Below are positions 9,341 to 19,314 of a stretch of 64,000 bases of DNA, piece by piece. The translations under genes were made by a program, and so were the position numbers. The DNA is taken from assembly GCA_035648735.1 (NCBI GenBank), contig DASRKX010000061.1, forward strand, positions 528 to 64,527, in the 5' to 3' direction. The DNA is from Stellaceae bacterium. Its GTDB lineage: Bacteria > Pseudomonadota > Alphaproteobacteria > ATCC43930 > CGMCC-115725. The notes under the pieces are model-generated. The model was not told where the DNA came from and did no database searches. It saw nothing but the letters and a program-made list of their open reading frames with translations. Positions within the stretch are counted from its first letter, which is position 1; each line of letters opens with the position of its first letter.

Positions 9341-10719
9341 GCCACCTGGAAGACAGCGAGCCCGACATTATTTCCGTCGGCGACAGCTCTGGCTTTTTCT
9401 CGCTGCAATCGACAATCGTCAACCGCTACACCAACGGGCTTAAGTTCCTCAGCCTCAATACCGGTGCGAATCAGGCTTTTATCGGCTATCAGGCGATCGC
9501 CGAATACATGCTCCGCCGGTCGAGTCACATAAAATACATCGTCCTTTATCTCTATCCGCAACTGGTCCCCTCGGACATCGTACTTTCGGTCGCCGACCTG
9601 GGACCGATCACCTATGAGGATTTGGTTTCGCTGAAATCCTCTGCTACGCCGCCGAGCGCGTTTCTGTCGCCCTACGCCAAGGCGCTATTGTTTGCCGGCC
9701 AACATTTTCATGCCGGCGACCCGCCGAACAACCATATGCCGTCCTTGCAACTCGCGAGCACCGTCGACGATGCGCTGGGGTGGCTGCCCGAATTCGACGT
9801 CCGTATCGACCGCGTGAACTACCGCGTTCCATTTTACCCCGACACAAGATCGGACTGGTCCAATCTTCTTGGTCTTGGCGATCCCTCATCGGCGGTCGCG
9901 AACCTGAACCTCTTCTACGATATGGTCCGGCGCCATGGCGCGCGGCTGGTGGTCGCCTTCGCCCCGATGCCCAGCAGAGCGCTCGTGCCGGGCGACCCAA
10001 ACGTTCATGCCATCGATCGGGCGCTCGCCCGCTTTCAGAGCGAGCATCCCGACGTCAAACTCCTTTTTCCCTTCGTGACGCGATGGGGCAGCGAAAAATT
10101 CGGCATGTTCAATCATATTTCCCGCGAATACACTTTTTTGAGCTCCGAACGGCTCGGCAGGGCTCTGGGACGATTGGCGACCGACCCCGATTCGATCCCG
10201 CCCTATGAGGCGAGGTTTCAGGATCCCGACTCCCTTCCGTCGATCGAAGCAAAAACGCTAGGACCGCCCGATCCGTCACTGCTCAAACCGGCTCTCGCGC
10301 TCTATCTTTACACTTCGACCGTTGATGAGCAATACAGGCGCCTCATCTCGAAGCGTGTATCGGCGCTCCTCGCCCGAGAACGGGCCTATGGTTTCATGAT
10401 GGAGGATGCGCAGGCGAGAAATGCTTCGCTCGCCAAGCGCGGCATCAAGATCGGCTTCGATCTTTCGCAACTGCATGCGACGCCGGTGCAGGTCACCGGA
10501 ATGTCGTCTTGCAACGCGGGCGCCGGCATCGAATGGGTACAGATCGACGGTACGATCATATTCACCTATACCGCGCCGGGGCTCGACAGCCGGGAGCCGG
10601 TCGTCTGGCCTAAAGGATCGCACATCTACATCCCCACCGTTCTCGAGGACGGGGTGAGGAAGTTCGACGGTTATTGCCCGGAGCCGTCGATGAGCGACGC
10701 CGCGGCGGACAAGGGCTGA
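9325..10719 (+). CDS. GDS(L)/SGNH-like protein, putative periplasmic O-acyltransferase partner of the downstream MBOAT (AlgX/AlgJ/PatB/DltD-like role)
   Basis: DIISVGDSSGFFSLQ near the N-terminus (block I GDS). Sits immediately upstream of the MBOAT gene (15-nt gap). The reading frame is open for 174 nt upstream of the ATG with no start codon. Confidence 0.7.
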   Translation: MYERLSHLEDSEPDIISVGDSSGFFSLQSTIVNRYTNGLKFLSLNTGANQAFIGYQAIAEYMLRRSSHIKYIVLYLYPQLVPSDIVLSVADLGPITYEDLVSLKSSATPPSAFLSPYAKALLFAGQHFHAGDPPNNHMPSLQLASTVDDALGWLPEFDVRIDRVNYRVPFYPDTRSDWSNLLGLGDPSSAVANLNLFYDMVRRHGARLVVAFAPMPSRALVPGDPNVHAIDRALARFQSEHPDVKLLFPFVTRWGSEKFGMFNHISREYTFLSSERLGRALGRLATDPDSIPPYEARFQDPDSLPSIEAKTLGPPDPSLLKPALALYLYTSTVDEQYRRLISKRVSALLARERAYGFMMEDAQARNASLAKRGIKIGFDLSQLHATPVQVTGMSSCNAGAGIEWVQIDGTIIFTYTAPGLDSREPVVWPKGSHIYIPTVLEDGVRKFDGYCPEPSMSDAAADKG

Positions 10720-10734
10720 GGCCGGGCATCCGCG

Positions 10735-12168
10735 ATGACCTTCATTTCCTACGATTACCTTTTCCTGTTCCTGCCGGTCGTCGTCGGCCTCTATTACCTT
10801 TTTCGCAAGACGGTATTCGCCAACGTCATTGTTTTGGCCGCGAGCTACCTTTTCTACGGCCTGACGCACGCCTGGTATCTGATCCCGCTGATCGTCACGT
10901 CGCTGCTCGACTTCTTGGTCGGGATTCTCATGTCGCGGACTGATCGTGCGGCTTATCGCCGGACGTTGCTGATTACCAGCCTGTCCGCCAATCTCGGGCT
11001 CCTTGCATTTTTCAAATATGGGCCGTGGCTGGTCGACAGCGCCAATTTCGGCCTCGCCGCGATGGGCGCGACGATCGTGCTGCCGGCGCTCGCCGTCGCG
11101 CTGCCGCCCGGAATCTCGTTCTACACCTTCCAGACGATGAGCTACACCATCGAGGTCTATCGCCGCGAGATGAAGGCCTCGCGCCACCTGGTCGACTACA
11201 TGGCCTTCGTCACGTTCTGGCCGCATCTCGTCGCGGGGCCGATCATGCGGGCGAGCAACCTGCTGCGTCAGCTCGAGCAGGTGCGTCCGGCGATCTCGGC
11301 CGACGAGACGCGCTACGCGTTCATGCTGATCGCCTGGGGGCTGTTCAAGAAAATCGTGCTCGCCGATAATTTCGGCCATATCGTCGATTCGATCAGCAGT
11401 GTCTTCGCGGGCAAGGGCACCTTCGCCGGCGCGGGCCTGCTCTTCGCCTATGCTTTCGCCGGGCAAATTTACTGCGATTTTTCGGGCTATACCGACATCG
11501 CGCGGGGCTCGGCGAAGCTGATCGGCGTGGACCTGATCCGCAATTTCAACACGCCTTATTTTTCCGCGTCGCCGATCGAATTCTGGCACCGCTGGCACAT
11601 CTCGCTATCGACCTGGCTGCGCGACTATCTCTATATTCCGCTCGGCGGCAACCGGCACGGCCGGTGGACGGAATACCGCAACATCATGATCACCATGGCG
11701 CTGGGCGGCCTTTGGCACGGCGCCGGGATTCTGTTCATCCTGTGGGGCGTCTGGCACGGGCTCATGCTCGTGCTCTACCGCGTTCTGCCGATACATCGAT
11801 ACCTGATCGCATGGCTCGGTCCGGTCGGAAAATGGATCGCGATCCTGATCACCTTCCATATCGTGTGCTTCGGCTGGATCCTGTTTCGCGCTCCCGCCGA
11901 CACGATCCTGCCGCTGCTGAAATCGATCGGTGGCTTGTTCACGCACGGCAGTCTTACTCTGTTCCATATCTATGGCCGTGGGGTCCTTTGGCTGGGCGCG
12001 ATCACGCTGATCTCGGATTATCTCGGTTACCGCAAGGACGGTGAATTCTCCGATCTGTTCAAGACCGTGAATCCCTATCTCTGCGCCGCCTTTGCCGTCG
12101 CCTGTTATTTCGGCATAACGATTTTGGGCAAGCGCGAGGGCGCGCAGTTCGTCTACTTTCAGTTCTGA
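10735..12168 (+). CDS. MBOAT-family membrane-bound O-acyltransferase (AlgI/PatA/DltB-like)
   Basis: MTFISYDYLFLFLPVVVGLYYLF, ISFYTFQTMSYTIEVYRRE, FWHRWHISLSTWLRDYLYIPLGGNRHG (conserved His region). Polytopic membrane protein. Confidence 0.9.
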   Translation: MTFISYDYLFLFLPVVVGLYYLFRKTVFANVIVLAASYLFYGLTHAWYLIPLIVTSLLDFLVGILMSRTDRAAYRRTLLITSLSANLGLLAFFKYGPWLVDSANFGLAAMGATIVLPALAVALPPGISFYTFQTMSYTIEVYRREMKASRHLVDYMAFVTFWPHLVAGPIMRASNLLRQLEQVRPAISADETRYAFMLIAWGLFKKIVLADNFGHIVDSISSVFAGKGTFAGAGLLFAYAFAGQIYCDFSGYTDIARGSAKLIGVDLIRNFNTPYFSASPIEFWHRWHISLSTWLRDYLYIPLGGNRHGRWTEYRNIMITMALGGLWHGAGILFILWGVWHGLMLVLYRVLPIHRYLIAWLGPVGKWIAILITFHIVCFGWILFRAPADTILPLLKSIGGLFTHGSLTLFHIYGRGVLWLGAITLISDYLGYRKDGEFSDLFKTVNPYLCAAFAVACYFGITILGKREGAQFVYFQF

Positions 12169-12286
12169 TCGTCGGCGTTGGACGATTTAAATTTCCTTGC
12201 CGGGCAGGCCCTCACAGCCAATCATGGCTCGGGCAACCGGTCGTCCGCAAACATCAGCTGATGGATCTCGCCGGGATCGGAGCAAC

Positions 12287-13474
12287 ATGACGCCGCCATC
12301 GAAGTTCGTTCTTCATCACGTTGGCGGGCGTTGGGGCAACCGCGTTTTCCCGTTGTTGCCTCGTTTTGAGCGCGATTTCGTGAATGTCCTTTACGAGGCC
12401 GATAGCGACGCAATACCCGGCATATACGAGGCCTGCAAAAACCAGCAGAGCGAGTTGATCGTGCTGCCTTTCTGCCTCGCCGAGGGCGATTCCGATGCGA
12501 CGCTGAACCTCTACCTCAATTCGGGCCTGACATCGCTACGCAGTTTCAGCGCCGCGTTAAAGGACCGGCATCTGCATCTATTTGGCGTCGACTTTGATTT
12601 CGGCGGAGCGGGCGCGCGCCTCTTGAAACGGAAAACGATCGCGACGCGCAGCCTGGACAGTGTGCTTGCATCGTCGGGGGATGCGTGCCCCGCGCCGGAT
12701 TTCCTATCCCTCGACGTGCAGGGCACCGAATACGAGGTTCTGGCCGGCGCGCGGAACGTCCTGCGCGACAAGGTCTGCGGCGTGATCGCGGAGGTCGAGT
12801 TTGGCGAGATGTATGTCGGACAAAAACGATTCCAGGATGTCTATGATCTGCTGAGAGAGTTCGGATTCGAATTCGTGCGCTTTCTGTCGCTCGGCGAGGC
12901 ATCCGGACCGGCGGCACCGCTGGGTTTCCGTTCCTCGGGGTACCAGAGCTGGGCTGATGCGTTATTCCTGCGGCGGCCGGACAGCATCCCGACGAAAGGC
13001 AAAAATTATGCGGATATGCTCCGCAAGCTTTGCTTTGTCGCGATCGTGTTCGGCAATATCGAGCTTGCGATCGATTGTCTCGGGCTGCTGCGGCAACTTG
13101 CGCCCTCGGAAGCGCACGCCTCTTCCGACGTGCTCGCCTATGCGGCATTCATTGCCGAGCTCGCCGAGGTCTACGAACGCACCCAGAAGGTTTGGCCGCC
13201 GGTGTTTTCCCGGATACTGCCGCAACATCGATCGCTCGATTACTCCCGCGCGGGCGGTCCGGAACAATGGCCGGAGATTCTCGAAGGCCTGCGCGACCTC
13301 GATGAGCACTATGTCGGCTCGCTCAAAAAACTACAGAAACCCAGCGATACGGAGTTCGAAGCTCTGCTGCGCCGTTATGGCTTCGTCGAACAGGCTGATC
13401 GCGTCAATCACACGCGGCGACATCAGGCTCACGACATCAGTCAGGCGATTATTGCCGCGCGCCGGAAATCATAG
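12287..13474 (+). CDS. FkbM-family methyltransferase with C-terminal extension
   Basis: ORF 12197..13474 trimmed to ATG 12287 (GGAG 6-9 nt upstream). LSLDVQGTEYEVLAGARNVL and VIAEVEFGEMYVGQKRFQDVYDLLREFGFEFV. Confidence 0.75.
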   Translation: MTPPSKFVLHHVGGRWGNRVFPLLPRFERDFVNVLYEADSDAIPGIYEACKNQQSELIVLPFCLAEGDSDATLNLYLNSGLTSLRSFSAALKDRHLHLFGVDFDFGGAGARLLKRKTIATRSLDSVLASSGDACPAPDFLSLDVQGTEYEVLAGARNVLRDKVCGVIAEVEFGEMYVGQKRFQDVYDLLREFGFEFVRFLSLGEASGPAAPLGFRSSGYQSWADALFLRRPDSIPTKGKNYADMLRKLCFVAIVFGNIELAIDCLGLLRQLAPSEAHASSDVLAYAAFIAELAEVYERTQKVWPPVFSRILPQHRSLDYSRAGGPEQWPEILEGLRDLDEHYVGSLKKLQKPSDTEFEALLRRYGFVEQADRVNHTRRHQAHDISQAIIAARRKS

Positions 13475-13504
13475 GCGGGAAGCGATCCGCATCCGGCCCT
13501 ATCT

Positions 13505-14623
13505 TTAGCCGCGGCGAAATGGCGCGCCGACGACAAAATAATCCCGCAAGACCACGGCGATCCGCGCGGCGGTTTGGCCGTCCCACAGCGCGGGCGGAAC
13601 GTGCTTTTTCCGGCGTCCCGCGAAATCGGCCGCGGTCGCGATGTCGCTGAGGCCGATCAGTCGGTTAGTTCCTTGGGTGACGGTGATCGGCCGCTCGGTG
13701 GTCGAGCGCACGGTCAGGCAGGGAATGCCGAGATAAGTCGTCTCTTCCTGCAAGCCGCCCGAATCCGTTACCACCAGCCCCGCATCGAGAATACAGCGCA
13801 TGAAATCGGCATAACCCAACGGCTCTGACAGGATGAGGCCTTCGGCTGCGGTTAGCTGCCCAAGCAGGGCCGCGCTTTCGAGCCGTTGGCGCGTCCGGGG
13901 ATGAATCGGGAAAATCACCGGCATCGTCTTGCCGAGCGCGCATAGCCCGGCCACCAATTGGCGCAGTTGGTCCGGCCCGTCGACGTTGCTCGGCCGATGA
14001 AAGGTGACGACGGCATAATCCTTTCCGGCCAGTTGCGGGAACGGGTGCGGCCGCCGGCGCACGGCCGGCGCGATCGTCACCAGGCTGTCGATCATGATGT
14101 TGCCGACCAGATGGATGCAGGATTCGGGAACTCCCTCCGCCCGCAGATTGTCGTCGGCATCGGGCGACGGCGTCAGATGCAAATCGCAGATCGCGTCGGT
14201 CACCACCCGGTTGATCTCTTCCGGCATCGAGCGGTCGCGCGAGCGCAGACCGGCCTCGACATGTGCCACGCGCAGATTGAGCTTCTTGGCCGCCAACGCG
14301 CAGGCCAGGGTCGCGTTGACATCGCCGACCACGGTGACGAGATCCGGCGCGCCGCGCCCAAGCAGCGCCTCATAGGCGATCATCACCTTGCCGACCTGCT
14401 CCGCATGGCTGCCACCGCCGATCCCGAGGTGGAAATCCGGCTGCGGCAGATCGAGATCGCGGAAGAACACATCGGACATCTCCGGATCGTAGTGCTGGCC
14501 GGTATGGACCAAGACCGGCGCGCACCAATCCTCACCGCGCAGGCGGTGATAGAGCGGCGCCACTTTCATGAAGTTGGGCCGCGCCGCCGCCACCAGATGG
14601 ATCGTCTTTTTGGTCATGCTCAT
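13505..14623 (-). CDS. wecB: UDP-N-acetylglucosamine 2-epimerase (non-hydrolysing type)
   Basis: TIHLVAAARPNFMKVAPLYHRL, VHTGQHYDPEMSDVFF, HVEAGLRS, TDSGGLQEE. ATGA overlap with the upstream GT. Confidence 0.9.
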   Translation of the reverse strand: MSMTKKTIHLVAAARPNFMKVAPLYHRLRGEDWCAPVLVHTGQHYDPEMSDVFFRDLDLPQPDFHLGIGGGSHAEQVGKVMIAYEALLGRGAPDLVTVVGDVNATLACALAAKKLNLRVAHVEAGLRSRDRSMPEEINRVVTDAICDLHLTPSPDADDNLRAEGVPESCIHLVGNIMIDSLVTIAPAVRRRPHPFPQLAGKDYAVVTFHRPSNVDGPDQLRQLVAGLCALGKTMPVIFPIHPRTRQRLESAALLGQLTAAEGLILSEPLGYADFMRCILDAGLVVTDSGGLQEETTYLGIPCLTVRSTTERPITVTQGTNRLIGLSDIATAADFAGRRKKHVPPALWDGQTAARIAVVLRDYFVVGAPFRRG

Positions 14624-15810
14624 TGCGCGGTTGCGAGGCTTTCGTAGATTTTGCCGAAGAGCGGCAGGGCGGCGCGCCGGCCAAGTCGGGGGGCCGCGGC
14701 CGCAGCGGCGCGCGACCTTTCTTCCACGGATGACGCCGCGACATCAACCGCGACGCCGGCCGACACATGGAGGTCGAGCTGCCGCGCCGCCTCGACGCAG
14801 CCCGGCGGATCCCCTTTCATCACGATTCGCAGGCCGGTCAGGGCGTATTCGGCGAATTTGGTCGGAAATGCCACCCGATTCACCGGCGTCGCATCGCGCA
14901 GCAGCAGGCCGAAATCGGCTGCATTCAAATACGCATTGACCTCAGCGAGCGCCACCGAGCGGCAGAGCACCCGTTCCGCGGGCAGGCCGGAGACCGCCCG
15001 CTGGGCGGCCGCGACCGCCGGCGACAGCACGACCAGCCGCGCCTTGCGACCCGCCGAGACGACGCGCCGGAAGAGGCTCACCACCTCGTCGAAGCCCTGA
15101 TAGGCGGCAAGGCTGCCCGAATAGATATAGACCGCTTCGTCGTCGGCGATGCCGAGCCTCGCGCGCGTGCTCTGCCGCAGCGCCGGGTTGAAGAAAAACT
15201 CATCCTCGAGCGCGAGGCACGGCACCACCCAGCTTGGCTTGCCGTCGAGGTAGGGCGCCATGTGCGCGCGCAACTGCTCGGAAACGAAGGACGCCGCCGT
15301 GCAACCGCGGCCGGCGATCCTCAAATCCCGCCGCGACAACACGGCGCGCAGCGCCGCAAGCGGCCGAAGCAAGGCCCCCTCCCCGCCGATCCGCTCCTGG
15401 AATTCCGCCAGCGTGTCGCCGCGGCAATCCCACAACATCGGCAGGCCGAGTCGGCGCGTCAGGGGGCCGGCCACCGCCGCGGTGTAATCCCCGCGCGCGT
15501 GGATGAAGGAGATGTCGTCCGCCGCCAGCGCGCGTTTCAGCAAATGCCGGTTGGCCGCCAGCGAGCCCGGCCATGCCGGCCGAACGCCGCGCAGAAGTGC
15601 TACCGGACCGCCGGCGATTTGGCGCGCCTGTTCGAGCCGTGCCGACGACATGGCAAAAATCGCCTCGGTGCCAGCGAAGGCAATTACGCGCAGCTCGACG
15701 CCGAGTTGCTCGCGCGCCAACCGCGCATGCGTCAGCACCTGGGAATCGATCACCGTCGGCGGTAAGCCCTCGAACAGGACCAGCGCGCCGGCGCGCTTAT
15801 AACCGGCCAT
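14620..15810 (-). CDS. GT-B fold glycosyltransferase (GT4-like)
   Basis: ORF 14620..16173 trimmed to ATG 15810 (MAGYKRAGALVLFEG). C-terminal FPTKFAEYALTGLRIV resembles the GT4 E-x7-E region. Confidence 0.8.
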   Translation of the reverse strand: MAGYKRAGALVLFEGLPPTVIDSQVLTHARLAREQLGVELRVIAFAGTEAIFAMSSARLEQARQIAGGPVALLRGVRPAWPGSLAANRHLLKRALAADDISFIHARGDYTAAVAGPLTRRLGLPMLWDCRGDTLAEFQERIGGEGALLRPLAALRAVLSRRDLRIAGRGCTAASFVSEQLRAHMAPYLDGKPSWVVPCLALEDEFFFNPALRQSTRARLGIADDEAVYIYSGSLAAYQGFDEVVSLFRRVVSAGRKARLVVLSPAVAAAQRAVSGLPAERVLCRSVALAEVNAYLNAADFGLLLRDATPVNRVAFPTKFAEYALTGLRIVMKGDPPGCVEAARQLDLHVSAGVAVDVAASSVEERSRAAAAAAPRLGRRAALPLFGKIYESLATAQ

Positions 15811-17839
15811 AGCCCTTGCTCGGCTCCGGATCGGTCGCCGGCGCGAAGTCACGGGCCGGCTCGATGATTTCGGTGACGACGATCTCGATCGGCGTGAAGC
15901 GAATGAGGCGCAGGATGCGGCCCCAGGGCGCCTTGATCTCGCCGGCGACGCCGTCCGGCCGCCAAGCGAGGCAGGTCGCGAAGGCCCGATGCGCCAGGTC
16001 GAACAGCTCCCTGCCCGCCGGCGCCACCTCCCAATCGGCCGCGCGCGGAACATCGTGGGCGGCGGCGGCGCGATAGGCGTTCCGCAGCGCGACGCTCGGC
16101 GTATAGACGAAGGAGCCGGGGTCGCGCCGCGACAGCGGGCCCAGGCGGTATTCGATGCCGAGATTGTCGTCATGGGTGTGGCCGCGCGGCGCGGACGGCG
16201 CCAAGCCTTTCAGGCAACGAAACGCGACAAGCAGGCCCGGCTCGTGACGAAAGACGTAAAGGCCGAAATCCGGAAAGGCGCTGCGCTGCCATGCCGCCGG
16301 TTCGATTGGCCGCGGCAGCGCCAACCGTCGCACGCGGCGCGCCGCTTCCGGCAGCGCGGCGATCGCCGCCTCCAGCCTGTCGAGATCGCCGAAATCGGCG
16401 ATTTCTTCTTTTAATTCAATATGCTGTGAGACCGGCGGCGGCGCCAACCGCGCCATCATCACCGCTTCCAGTCGGGCGCCGGACGGTGGGGCATTGAACA
16501 GCGCTTCCACCGCCTGAACCAAACCCGCATGGTCGAGCGGGTTCTCGACGAAAGACGATGCTGCGCCGCCGAAGGATTCCGGCAGCGCCGTCGGATGCAG
16601 CTTGAAGAATCGACCGGAATCCGTGTCGCCGATCTGGACGATGGTGCCGTCATCGCCCTGCACCGCGCGCGACAACGCCGCGACCCGGCGCAAGGTGGCG
16701 AGCAGCTTGCCCGGAATTTCCCGGCCGAGGGTGCGCGCAATCCCGACCGAAAACAGCACCGTCTCGGCCGACAGGCGGTGGTAGCCGGTCGAGCCTTCGT
16801 AATTGCCGCCATCGGGCAGAAACTGCGCGTCGGCCTCCGTGAAGATCTGGTCGATCGCGATGCCAAGCCGGCGGTCGCGTTCGGTGCCGCTTTCGAGAAT
16901 CCAATTCGTCCAGATTAAGCCGGCGAGCCCCGCGAGGTAATGGTTGCTGCGACCGGTCTCGGAATAATCGAGATGGCCGGCGACATGATCGGCGTGATCG
17001 CGCAGCGAACCGAGGACGACCGTTTCGACAACGGGATCGAGCGCCGCGCCCGCGCCCGCCAGCAAGGCCAGGGTCAAGGCGATATTCGCCGCGCGGATCG
17101 CCACGTCCATCGCCCCCATCCAATTGACGCCGAAGCGCGGCGGATTGGTCGCGATGAAATCCATCAGCTGATCGGCGATCTCGCGCCGGTAGCGCTCGGA
17201 AGGATCGAAGCCGAGGCGATCCGCCGCCGCGAGAATGGCGCAGAGCGCCAGTTGCGGCAGATGCTGCAGCCGCCCGAGCTCCCACGGCACCTTGACGTCG
17301 GCGCCGGTATCGACCGGGATGCGCTGGCGATAGCTGTGCCGGCGCCCCGGCCAGCGAAAGCCCGAGCGAAAATCGAGCTGCCAGTCGATCGGCCGGTAAT
17401 CCGCGCCGCCGATCAGCGCCCAGACCTGGCGCGCCCGCACCCGATTGGCGCGGTTGACCACGCGATCAAGGCCGCCGCCATCCCGATCGGGCGCCAACGG
17501 GGCTGCGGGATCGTGCCTGCGCCCGAGAAAGCCATCCGGGCGAAAGCCGTAAGCTGGCGCGACCCACCCCGATCCCAGGAGATCGAAGCGGTGGGCAAGA
17601 TATTCGTTGCCGAGATTCCGCAGCGTCGCTTCGAGCTCGGCGGCAATATCTTCCGCGCCGATGCGGATGCAGGCCGCCGGATTGCGCCGGCCGGTCGGGG
17701 GTCCGTAACTACCGCGCAGGCCGTCGCTGACGAGCCTTATCCTTCGCGCGATGGCGCGAACGCCGAATCCCATCGCTTTGCGCGCCACTTCACGCGGCGG
17801 CAATGCGTGCGCCCGGCGAAGATAGGCGGATAGCGCCAT
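15797..17839 (-). CDS. Heparinase II/III-like protein
   Basis: 680 aa with PWELGRLQHLPQLAL, SNHYLAGLAGLIW, GGNYEGSTGYHRLSAE, which are characteristic of the heparinase II/III family. Confidence 0.75.
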   Translation of the reverse strand: MALSAYLRRAHALPPREVARKAMGFGVRAIARRIRLVSDGLRGSYGPPTGRRNPAACIRIGAEDIAAELEATLRNLGNEYLAHRFDLLGSGWVAPAYGFRPDGFLGRRHDPAAPLAPDRDGGGLDRVVNRANRVRARQVWALIGGADYRPIDWQLDFRSGFRWPGRRHSYRQRIPVDTGADVKVPWELGRLQHLPQLALCAILAAADRLGFDPSERYRREIADQLMDFIATNPPRFGVNWMGAMDVAIRAANIALTLALLAGAGAALDPVVETVVLGSLRDHADHVAGHLDYSETGRSNHYLAGLAGLIWTNWILESGTERDRRLGIAIDQIFTEADAQFLPDGGNYEGSTGYHRLSAETVLFSVGIARTLGREIPGKLLATLRRVAALSRAVQGDDGTIVQIGDTDSGRFFKLHPTALPESFGGAASSFVENPLDHAGLVQAVEALFNAPPSGARLEAVMMARLAPPPVSQHIELKEEIADFGDLDRLEAAIAALPEAARRVRRLALPRPIEPAAWQRSAFPDFGLYVFRHEPGLLVAFRCLKGLAPSAPRGHTHDDNLGIEYRLGPLSRRDPGSFVYTPSVALRNAYRAAAAHDVPRAADWEVAPAGRELFDLAHRAFATCLAWRPDGVAGEIKAPWGRILRLIRFTPIEIVVTEIIEPARDFAPATDPEPSKGYGRL

Positions 17840-17855
17840 GGTGCTGGGATTCGGC

Positions 17856-19310
17856 TCAGCTTTTGGCGAGCACGAAATACCAGGTCGAAACCGCCCAGCT
17901 CGGCAGCCGGTCGGCGATCCGCACGTTCCAATCGACGAAGCGTCGGCCGGCGAAGATCGTGCTGCCGGTCAGATCGGCGCCGACAAAGCCGCCATGGCCG
18001 AACCGCGCGAGCCGCAGCCCCGCCGCGCCGATCATCTGCCGCAAGCTGCGCGGGGTGAAGAACACGACATGGCCGGATTCGCTGTTATAGGGAACGGGTG
18101 GCGGCAGGTTCGGCGGCCGGCCGGCAAGGCGTAGTCCGGCGCGCTTCACCCAGCGCAGCATTTGATAAAGCCGCAAATGTCGGTCGATGAACTTCTCGGT
18201 CTCGCAGGCGCCATAGCCGTTGGGCACCGAGCCGACCACGATGCCATCGGGCGCCAGCTGGCGGACATGGGCGGCGAGCGCAGTTAGTGGATCGTCCAGA
18301 TGCTCGAGCACGTCGGCATAGACGATCGCGTCGAAGGTGATGCCGGGCGGCACCGCTGCCAGGAATTGCGCGTTCGGCGCGGCAAAGCGATCCCGGGCAT
18401 GGGCGAGCGACGGCGCGTGGAAATCAACGCCGACATAGCGCAAACCCGGGCCGATCAAATAGCGGCCGAGCGCCTCGGCATTGCCGCAGCCGAAATCGAG
18501 CACGATGATGTCGCGGCCGAGGCGGGCGCGGTGCGCAGCGATCTCCGTCAGGATGAATTTGAGCTTCTTGGTGTTGCCGAAGATGTCTTCGGCCGGCAGC
18601 GGAATGCCGAGTTGCACCCCGGCAAGCGGCTTGCGCCCCACGATATTCATCAGCGGCCCGCGACAAGGCTCCGGCAATTCGACTGCTAGGCCCGCCTTTG
18701 CCAGTAGATCGGCCCAATGCCTGAGCGCAAAGCGGTTGCGCGAAATCTTCAGATAAGTGGCACCCTCCGCCCAGCGCGTTCGACGCAGCAATCCGGCGAC
18801 GCCCGGGATGCGGAGCACGGCGCGGCGCCAGGATTCAAGCCGGCGCAGCGGATCGCGCGGATCGGGCACCGATATGATTGCAACGCCGCCGGGGTTGAGC
18901 GCGCCGGTCAGCGCCGCGATCGCGGCGCCCGGATCGTCCGAATATTCGAGGACGCTCGAGGCGATAATGCCGTCGAATTGCGACGTCGAGAACGGCAGCG
19001 CGCCATGCTCGAGGAGCAGCCATCGGACGCGGCCGGCTTCGTCGCGCGCCCGCGCCGCCGCGATCATCTCCGGCGTGATGTCGCAAGCCGTGACGCGCCA
19101 GCCCTGCCCGCCCAGGTGACGCGCGATCTCGCCGCTGCCGCAGCCGAAATCGAGAATGCTGCCGCCCGGCGGCAGGCGCGACGACAGCGCGGCGGCGAAA
19201 ATGGCGATGCGGTCGCCCATGCCGCCGCCAGTGTCGTAATTGCGGCTCCATGACGACGCCTTCGCGCGGAAGAAGGCGCGCGCCGCATCGGAATCCCGGA
19301 TCGGTCCCAT
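17856..19310 (-). CDS. Tandem double class I SAM-dependent methyltransferase
   Basis: Two separate motif I regions, ILDFGCGSGEIARHL (N-terminal half) and VLDFGCGNAEALGRYL (C-terminal half). Each is followed by an acidic loop and a motif II-like segment (IIASSVLEY, IVYADVLEHL). Confidence 0.8.
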   Translation of the reverse strand: MGPIRDSDAARAFFRAKASSWSRNYDTGGGMGDRIAIFAAALSSRLPPGGSILDFGCGSGEIARHLGGQGWRVTACDITPEMIAAARARDEAGRVRWLLLEHGALPFSTSQFDGIIASSVLEYSDDPGAAIAALTGALNPGGVAIISVPDPRDPLRRLESWRRAVLRIPGVAGLLRRTRWAEGATYLKISRNRFALRHWADLLAKAGLAVELPEPCRGPLMNIVGRKPLAGVQLGIPLPAEDIFGNTKKLKFILTEIAAHRARLGRDIIVLDFGCGNAEALGRYLIGPGLRYVGVDFHAPSLAHARDRFAAPNAQFLAAVPPGITFDAIVYADVLEHLDDPLTALAAHVRQLAPDGIVVGSVPNGYGACETEKFIDRHLRLYQMLRWVKRAGLRLAGRPPNLPPPVPYNSESGHVVFFTPRSLRQMIGAAGLRLARFGHGGFVGADLTGSTIFAGRRFVDWNVRIADRLPSWAVSTWYFVLAKS

Positions 19311-19314
19311 CGGG

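Noticed and set aside
12169-12196. 5-bp hairpin TCGTC-N7-GACGA followed by TTTAAATTT after the MBOAT gene.
   Set aside because: The stem is too short and AT/GC-mixed for a confident terminator. The next gene is co-directional and may be co-transcribed.
13475-13504. 30-nt convergent junction, considered as a bidirectional terminator.
   Set aside because: Only a 4-5 bp imperfect stem (GCGGG...TCCGC) can be drawn, and there are no U-tracts.
14620-16173. Long N-terminal extensions of many ORF-track entries. Examples: 707-1801, 14620-16173, 19315-21645, 23786-25762, 25218-26534, 28967-29929, 37354-38640.
   Set aside because: The extensions overlap the upstream gene, are low-complexity Arg/Pro/Ser-rich, and precede the point where the family-typical N-terminus begins. 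Internal starts give ATGA/GTGA coupling with the neighbouring gene.
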